From Fidelibacterota bacterium (GTDB taxonomy: Bacteria; Fidelibacterota; Marinisomatia; Marinisomatales; UBA2128): 10,852 nt of DNA. The stretch is from positions 1 through 10,852 of the forward strand of contig JBHHUM010000072.1 of NCBI GenBank assembly GCA_046861645.1. Direction: 5' to 3'. How positions within the stretch are numbered: position 1 is the first letter of the stretch; each line of letters begins with the position of its first letter. The position numbers and the translations under genes were made by a program. Under the pieces are notes generated by a model. The model saw only the letters and a program-made list of their open reading frames with translations. It had not been told where the DNA came from and ran no database searches. This document shows positions 6,089 through 10,852 of this stretch, piece by piece.

Positions 6089-7084
6089 TCAGTGAAGTGT
6101 CTGTTCAATCTTATGCTGAATTTGCAGGGCGACTGCCAGAGCTTCCCGGCCCTCCAAACCCGAAACAATGGGACTGCTGCGTCCTTCTGCAGAGGAGACA
6201 AAGTTCTCCAACTCCATCTTTAGCGCATCCACTTTCTTTACCGGTGGTGTCTCGTAAACAATCTGTCGGTTCATACCACCTGTGGTTAAAGGCGCCGTAA
6301 AAACCGCCTCCGGGTCCTTCTCTTCTGCACTCAGGAGACGATACACCTCGGTCAGTCCCCGGTAAAAGTCAATAGTAACATACATGTCCTGCTGAAACAG
6401 TCGCAATTTGCGGACATAATCCTTCGCAATACGGCTCGAGGTAATATTCGCCACACAACCGTTATCAAAGGCTATGCGGGCATTAGCGATATCCACTGAC
6501 TGTGTCATGATGGACACACCAGAGGCATCCACAGTTCGGACTTTAGACCTTACCAGTGAAATGATCACATCTAAATCGTGAATCATAAGGTCCAGCACTA
6601 CCGGTACGTCCGTTCCCCGGACATTGTAAGGCGCCAAACGATGCGTTTCGATATACCGGGGTGTCAGGTTGACACCATCCAGGGCAACCAAGGCTGGATT
6701 GAGTCTTTCGATGTGTCCGACATGAATCTGCACTCCTTGCCTTGCAGCCAAGTCCAACAGGGTATCAGCTTCTTCTACCGTTTTACACATAGGTTTCTCA
6801 ATAAAAACATGTTGCCCGGCTTCGATGCAGGTCTGAGCCACGGGAAAGTGCTCCACCGTAGGTACTACAATGGAGACAATATCGGTGTTTTGCAGCAACG
6901 AAGAGAGAGAATCATGCCGGATAGCTCTGGTCTCCTGTTCAATAAGAACTGCCCGATCAGGATCTATATCAAAAAAACCTGTGCACTCCGCTCCTTTTAA
7001 ACGCAAAGCATGTTCCAGATGTCTCCGCCCTAAATGACCGACGCCGACAATACCAATCCTTACCTTATGCTTATCTGCTGACAT
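6089..7084 (-). CDS. Gfo/Idh/MocA family NAD(P)-dependent oxidoreductase, GnnA-like (putative UDP-GlcNAc 3-dehydrogenase)
   Basis: Rossmann motif IGIVGVGHLG, plus IEKP, GHIERLNP, DVPVVLDLMIHDLD and ANITSSR. First gene of the lpxB operon. The family call is firm; GnnA function is inferred from context. Confidence 0.9.
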   Translation of the reverse strand: MSADKHKVRIGIVGVGHLGRRHLEHALRLKGAECTGFFDIDPDRAVLIEQETRAIRHDSLSSLLQNTDIVSIVVPTVEHFPVAQTCIEAGQHVFIEKPMCKTVEEADTLLDLAARQGVQIHVGHIERLNPALVALDGVNLTPRYIETHRLAPYNVRGTDVPVVLDLMIHDLDVIISLVRSKVRTVDASGVSIMTQSVDIANARIAFDNGCVANITSSRIAKDYVRKLRLFQQDMYVTIDFYRGLTEVYRLLSAEEKDPEAVFTAPLTTGGMNRQIVYETPPVKKVDALKMELENFVSSAEGRSSPIVSGLEGREALAVALQIQHKIEQTLH

Positions 7085-7245
7085 GTATAACTGGAGTACT
7101 TTTCAGGAATATAGGATGCTTCATCCTTATTTAAAATCGTTCTTTAGTGGATCGTAATTTAGTCTTGCTTTTGATGGAGAGAATAGGGATATTTTTCAAC
7201 CTCGGATCAGGAATTTGTCAATAACTGAGAATTTTAGGGGATATT

Positions 7246-7830
7246 GTGATAGATCAGGATACTAGAACCGTCTTTGGTTATTTCATTTTGCTTCTTTCTG
7301 TCATCGCGTTCGGCTTTGCGATTGGCTTCGCCCAATACTATCTTGCCGCGCTGTTTGTTGTCGGTGGACTTTTCCTGTGGTTAGCTTACATCAACGTCGC
7401 CGGCGTCGCTCTTCGAGGACAGTTAGGATCGATACTCATTCTCCACGGCCTATTATTGGCAATCCCCGTGTTTCTTCTATTTGCTGTGGAGCAAGACAAG
7501 TGGGGTGGCTATCATATCAAGCCCGATGGTGCTACACTTACTTTTGTTATCCTCTTTCTTACCGTCGCTCCAGGTATGATTATACGTTATAACAACAAGC
7601 GTTCTATTCCATTTCCCGCCTCTCCTACCGTTCCACCAAAACAACCGCTAACCGCTCCACCTACCTCAGATAAACCGCTCCCGACGGGACCCCCTACCGC
7701 CTCTTATCCAGGATGGCCGGGAGGTACCTACGGCGAAGATTATGAATACTACTATGATCCGGAAATGATGGCAGCCTACTATGAGGACTACGAAGATGAA
7801 GAGGACGAAGAGGAGGAAGACGAAGAGTAA
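7246..7830 (+). CDS. Hypothetical membrane protein: ~4 TM helices, Pro-rich linker, Tyr/Asp/Glu-rich tail
   Basis: GTG start after AGGGGA. Four hydrophobic stretches in the first ~113 aa, then PFPASPTVPPKQPLTAPPTSDKPLPTGPP, then YGEDYEYYYDPEMMAAYYEDYEDEEDEEEEDEE. Confidence 0.8.
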   Translation: MIDQDTRTVFGYFILLLSVIAFGFAIGFAQYYLAALFVVGGLFLWLAYINVAGVALRGQLGSILILHGLLLAIPVFLLFAVEQDKWGGYHIKPDGATLTFVILFLTVAPGMIIRYNNKRSIPFPASPTVPPKQPLTAPPTSDKPLPTGPPTASYPGWPGGTYGEDYEYYYDPEMMAAYYEDYEDEEDEEEEDEE

Positions 7831-7986
7831 TTATTTCCCTAAGTCAAAGGATTCTTAAGATCTTTTCTATAATTTTCCTCCTACTCCAAACTGACGCTAA
7901 GATAAGTAGTGCACTGTTGTCGCTATAATTGCTTTTACCCCAACCAAAATTCTTCTGTTAAAGATCTCCGTTATAAAAATATTTTC

Positions 7987-8015
7987 TTGGTAGAAAATAA
8001 ACAATATCATAACTT
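7987..8015 (+). promoter_or_regulatory. Putative sigma70 promoter of arsR-arsM
   Basis: TTGGTA (7987-7992) - 17 nt - TAACTT (8010-8015); the -10 overlaps the palindromic operator. Confidence 0.4.
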
Positions 8016-8035
8016 ATGCATATATGCGCATAAGT
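8012..8035. promoter_or_regulatory. Putative ArsR operator (24-bp imperfect palindrome)
   Basis: ACTTATGC-ATATATGC-GCATAAGT has perfect 8-bp arms, ends 21 bp before arsR ATG 8057 and overlaps the predicted -10/+1. ArsR/SmtB repressors autoregulate through such sites. Confidence 0.75.
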
Positions 8036-8056
8036 AAATCTAATGAGGAAAACAAA

Positions 8057-8395
8057 ATGATTGTTTGTTGCCCGCCTGAACTTGTGCAGGAATGCCGTTC
8101 CTTCCTGTCCGATAACTTTTTCCGGGCCTTTACCGATGAAAGTCGCTTGGGGGTTTTCCTTGTTCTCATGGAAAACGGAGAAATGACGGTTAATCAGGTT
8201 GCTGAGCAGATGGACATCAACCAATCTAACGTCTCTCGTCATCTAACATTGTTGAAACAGGCTGGTGTAACTCAAGCAAGAAAAAGCGGGCGCGAAATCT
8301 ACTACCAGATCGACTATCAGAATATTGCTCAGCGTCTACAATCCATACTGAGCATCGTTCAACAGTGCTGTCCAACAACCCCGGAGGAAAATTAA
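8057..8395 (+). CDS. arsR: ArsR/SmtB family metalloregulatory repressor (112 aa; start revised from 8024)
   Basis: Winged-HTH pattern FRAFTDESRLGVFLVL...GEMTVNQVAEQMDINQSNVSRHLTLLKQAGV...RKSGREIYY. GAGGA SD precedes ATG 8057, whereas ATG 8024 falls inside the operator. Cys pairs at both termini; directly upstream of arsM. Confidence 0.9.
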   Translation: MIVCCPPELVQECRSFLSDNFFRAFTDESRLGVFLVLMENGEMTVNQVAEQMDINQSNVSRHLTLLKQAGVTQARKSGREIYYQIDYQNIAQRLQSILSIVQQCCPTTPEEN

Positions 8396-8396
8396 T

Positions 8397-9224
8397 ATGA
8401 ATACTACCATGCAAGACCTTGTAAAGGAAAAATACGGTAAAGTAGCTACCAAACCATCAAAGGGCTGTGCCTGTGGTGAAAATTCTACAAAGGAAAACGC
8501 CATTAGAATTGGTTATAGTGATGATGAGCTAAAATCCTTACCTGAGGAGGCAAACCTGGGTCTGGGTTGTGGTAATCCGCTAGCTTTTGAAAACATCCTG
8601 ACCGGCAGTACCGTACTCGACTTGGGCAGTGGCGCTGGTATTGACTGTTTCCTCGCCGCACAGAAAGTAGGACCGGAAGGAACTGTTATAGGTGTGGATA
8701 TGACCCCCGAGATGATTGCCAGAGCTAATGAAAACAAACTAAAGGTTCATGCAAAAAACGTTGATTTTCGCCTGGGACAGATTGAGAAGCTCCCAGTCGA
8801 ACCAAATTCTGTGGATGTAGCCATCAGTAACTGTGTAATCAACCTCTCTGAAAACAAGCCCCAGGTTTTTCGCGAAGCTTTTCGAGTCTTAAAGCCGGGA
8901 GGTGTTTTAGCGGTCTCCGATATTGTTCTCCTTAAAAAACTGCCCTGGTTTATTCGGGAAAGTATTAGTGCCTACGTGGGGTGCATAGCAGGGGCTTCCC
9001 TCAAGGACAATTACCTACAATTTATTCAAGAAGCTGGCTTTGTTAATCTGGAACTTCAGGAGGAAAGAACGGTAGATGAAGTTTTTCCTGAAAATGACCC
9101 CAACCTACAGGCTTTGCTCAAATTTATTCCCTTACCTGGAGGGACTATCAGGCGCCTGTCCGGCCGCTATGCTGCCAGTATCAAGGTAAGGGCTGAAAAG
9201 CCCCAAAACGATCATTCCAACTGA
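8397..9224 (+). CDS. arsM: Arsenite S-adenosylmethionine methyltransferase
   Basis: N-terminal VKEKYG...CAC, GYSDDEL..LPEEANLGLGCGNP, SAM motif VLDLGSGAGID, GVDMTPEM, DVAISNCVINL, RVLKPGG and GCIAGA: the conserved ArsM cysteine contexts are present. GGAGG SD lies within the arsR 3' end. Confidence 0.93.
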   Translation: MNTTMQDLVKEKYGKVATKPSKGCACGENSTKENAIRIGYSDDELKSLPEEANLGLGCGNPLAFENILTGSTVLDLGSGAGIDCFLAAQKVGPEGTVIGVDMTPEMIARANENKLKVHAKNVDFRLGQIEKLPVEPNSVDVAISNCVINLSENKPQVFREAFRVLKPGGVLAVSDIVLLKKLPWFIRESISAYVGCIAGASLKDNYLQFIQEAGFVNLELQEERTVDEVFPENDPNLQALLKFIPLPGGTIRRLSGRYAASIKVRAEKPQNDHSN

Positions 9225-9901
9225 TAGACCCTCTTTACAAATGGTTTCTCAATTAACAGGTAAAAACCATATATGCTCCCGTGGCAGATCATTCCCCACA
9301 CTAAACCTTCCAAAGAACCAAAAAAAACGGCTGCTGCATAGACATGCAGATTCCCTATGCCGTACATAGGATTTTTAAACCAACGATAAGGACCCTCCGT
9401 AATAAACTTTTCGTTTGGCTTCCGTAAAAAAAGATCGTTATAGTAGTAAACATCCAATCCGGTTAGCCAAGTGGACCAGACCTTAGAACCAAAGCCCACA
9501 ACAAAGAGCCCGGCTGAAATAGTGACAGCAGTTTTCGTTGGCAGGTTCAATGTTTGGGAATATACCAGCGGAAGGGAACTTAAGCTCAAAGCGATGTTTG
9601 CAAACATGACTCCCAGCACCACCTCATAAATATCCCAGGCCCGGGTTTCCCCAAATCTTTTGATGAGCCAAGACCTCAAAGGAGTGCCCAGAATAATTGT
9701 ATTACCCAAATAATAAAAGGCCCAGGCACCGGTAATATACCAAGCTACTAAACCACTATCTTTGACAAACTTATTCAACAGCAGGGAGCAAATAATAAGG
9801 ACTCCCCAAACCATTAAACGGGCTGGAGGTCGGTCCAGACGCATGCCAACCATACCAGCCAAGATATTCACTATACGGAAAATTTGGCACATAGTCCCCA
9901 A
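9212..9901 (-). CDS. Phospholipid methyltransferase (PEMT/ICMT superfamily) integral membrane protein
   Basis: Multiple TM helices; GLDVYYYNDLF...FITEGPYRWFKNPMYGIGNL...GSLEGL...IEKPFVKRVY resembles the PEMT/Opi3/Cho2 pattern (GDYF...NPMY...E.PF..IY). Start uncertain: TTG 9901 or ATG 9892. The 3' end overlaps arsM by 13 bp. Confidence 0.8.
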   Translation of the reverse strand: MGTMCQIFRIVNILAGMVGMRLDRPPARLMVWGVLIICSLLLNKFVKDSGLVAWYITGAWAFYYLGNTIILGTPLRSWLIKRFGETRAWDIYEVVLGVMFANIALSLSSLPLVYSQTLNLPTKTAVTISAGLFVVGFGSKVWSTWLTGLDVYYYNDLFLRKPNEKFITEGPYRWFKNPMYGIGNLHVYAAAVFFGSLEGLVWGMICHGSIYGFYLLIEKPFVKRVYQLE

Positions 9902-9923
9902 GAGAAAATTGAAATAGCATCAC

Positions 9924-9953
9924 GGAGGACAACCTTTTTACACGGCGTCCTCC
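9924..9953 (-). terminator. GC-rich hairpin just downstream of the EHP-repeat gene (weak terminator or mRNA-stabilising stem)
   Basis: Minus strand GGAGGAC-GCC-loop-GGT-T-GTCCTCC, starting 11 nt after the stop at 9965. The U-rich tract is delayed (GTGATGCTATTTCAATTTT). Confidence 0.5.
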
Positions 9954-9964
9954 AACCTGAAAAT

Positions 9965-10450
9965 CTACTTTGTTACTTCCACTCTATGCCAGATTCCTTC
10001 AACTTCCATCCAAGTGTAACGCTCTGTACCGTCTTTCTTATGAAGCGTTACTTCCACGGGTTGGAGGTCTTCTTCCGCCTCCCCTTTCATAAAGATATCG
10101 AGGTCATATGTCGTTCCATCTTCAGCCTCGAAATCTGCGCACGCGAAGTAGGTGTGATCTCCCAAAGCAGCTAACTTATCATCATGAACCTTTAGAAGTT
10201 TAAGATTCAAAACTTGATGCTCTATATCATCAGTAAAGGTAAAAGCCCCATTTTCTGCCGTTACCGTCATTACGTGATTCTTGACGGCAGCTGCCAAGTT
10301 CTCCTTCGACACTGCTTTTGTACTGAGAGAAACGGGATGTTCTTGGGGGTGTTCAGAAGGGTGTTCCTTGGGATGCTCCTGTGCCATACCCGGTACTGCA
10401 ATCAACAGCACAAGAACATGACAAGAAACTATACCAGCTATTTTTCTCAT
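9965..10450 (-). CDS. Secreted/periplasmic hypothetical protein with N-terminal (xEHP)4 repeat, possible metal-binding protein (161 aa; start revised from 10465)
   Basis: GGAGGT SD 7 nt before ATG 10450. Sec signal MRKIAGIVSCHVLVLLIAVPGMA, then QEHPKEHPSEHPQEHP. Globular part contains KVHDD, YFACADF, YDLDIF and LHKKDGTERY. Confidence 0.85.
   Translation of the reverse strand: MRKIAGIVSCHVLVLLIAVPGMAQEHPKEHPSEHPQEHPVSLSTKAVSKENLAAAVKNHVMTVTAENGAFTFTDDIEHQVLNLKLLKVHDDKLAALGDHTYFACADFEAEDGTTYDLDIFMKGEAEEDLQPVEVTLHKKDGTERYTWMEVEGIWHRVEVTK
10334..10381 (-). repeat. Four 12-bp degenerate coding tandem repeats (xEHP)
   Basis: CAGGAGCATCCC AAGGAACACCCT TCTGAACACCCC CAAGAACATCCC; the E, H and P codons vary only synonymously between units. 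Confidence 0.9.
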
Positions 10451-10500
10451 TCCACTTACCTCCATCTCTGGGTTAATTTCTTTCCCGCAAGATTAAACTG

Positions 10501-10529
10501 AAAGTAATCCAGAAAAGGCTCTATGTCAA
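10501..10529 (-). promoter_or_regulatory. Putative sigma70 promoter of the EHP-repeat gene
   Basis: Consensus TTGACA (10529-10524) - 17 nt - TACTTT (10506-10501), about 50 nt upstream of ATG 10450. Confidence 0.65.
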
Positions 10530-10809
10530 GGTTTGACCTGTTACACTGCACGTAAATAACAACACAAGAAACGAAGAATTAAAAAACAACACAAAAGTGT
10601 GAACAGACAAAGAACAAAACCGTCAAATGTATTATATTTATTACAGAAGAATTTTATTATTGTTGTCATGAACAACCATCAGTTTTATACCTGTACATTG
10701 ATCAATCTTCTCTTCTGAGTTAAGTTTATCGCTTACAAAGATGAGATGATGGAATGAATCATAATGGCTATGTTCCATAAACTTACTGAATTAGACATAA
10801 TAAAAACAT

Positions 10810-10851
10810 TCAACACCTGTCCCGTACAGTCACCAGCTCCTTACCCTGATA
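10810..10851 (-). CDS. Possible 3' end of a gene entering from the right edge
   Basis: Frame ...YQGKELVTVRDRC-TGA is open from the edge, and the last ~45 nt are GC-richer than the preceding intergenic DNA. Too short to verify. Confidence 0.25.
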   Translation of the reverse strand, partial: YQGKELVTVRDRC

Positions 10852-10852
10852 C

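Noticed and set aside
3059..7000. ORFs 3059-3292, 3733-4239, 4304-4510, 4749-5117, 6049-6300 and 6578-7000
   Set aside because: Antisense or alternate-frame shadows of well-supported lipid A operon genes, with no motifs.
7113..7127. AGGATG-CTT-CATCCT inverted repeat upstream of the oxidoreductase
   Set aside because: Only 6-bp arms; could be an operator but cannot be distinguished from chance.
7846..7866. AAAGGAT...ATCTTTT possible terminator after the acidic-tail gene
   Set aside because: The stem is AT-rich and weak; insufficient support.
8024..8056. Longer arsR start at 8024
   Set aside because: It lies inside the operator palindrome and lacks an SD; ATG 8057 has a GAGGA SD.
7377..10501. 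ORFs 7377-7592, 7958-8242, 8226-8414, 8513-8737, 9884-10174 and 10214-10501
   Set aside because: Overlap better-supported genes in another frame or strand and show no protein-like features.
10668..10780. Short + strand ORFs (e.g. MNNHQFYTCTLINLLF) and the ATTGATCAAT palindrome as an FNR box
   Set aside because: The ORFs have no SD and are very short; the palindrome lacks the TTGAT-N4-ATCAA spacing.

Overview
Bacterial (diderm, LPS-producing) chromosomal window with three parts. (1) 1-2684, a visibly AT-richer accessory block. It holds a minus-strand lipoprotein gene missing from the ORF track (449 to beyond the left edge), a 563-bp divergent intergenic region with back-to-back sigma70-like promoters and a long rod-like hairpin, a 496-aa protein with N-terminal TPRs and two tandem Fis-like HTH modules, and a second long hairpin abutting the lpxK stop. 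(2) 2685-7084, a minus-strand lipid A operon: Gfo/Idh/MocA oxidoreductase (GnnA-like), ICMT-family membrane methyltransferase, lpxB, DUF374 (LpxJ-like) acyltransferase and lpxK. It is followed by a divergent 4-TM protein with a Pro-rich linker and Tyr/acidic tail. (3) About 7950-10852, a minimal arsR-arsM operon with a palindromic operator, converging on a PEMT-type membrane methyltransferase and a secreted protein with (xEHP)4 repeats. The best candidates for undescribed biology are the TPR-(HTH)2 regulator locus with its structured non-coding elements, the putative lipid A methyltransferase embedded in the lpx operon, and the ArsR with two Cys-Cys pairs controlling arsM next to a PEMT-like enzyme. 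All family calls come from motifs recognised by eye; no searches or folding programs were run.
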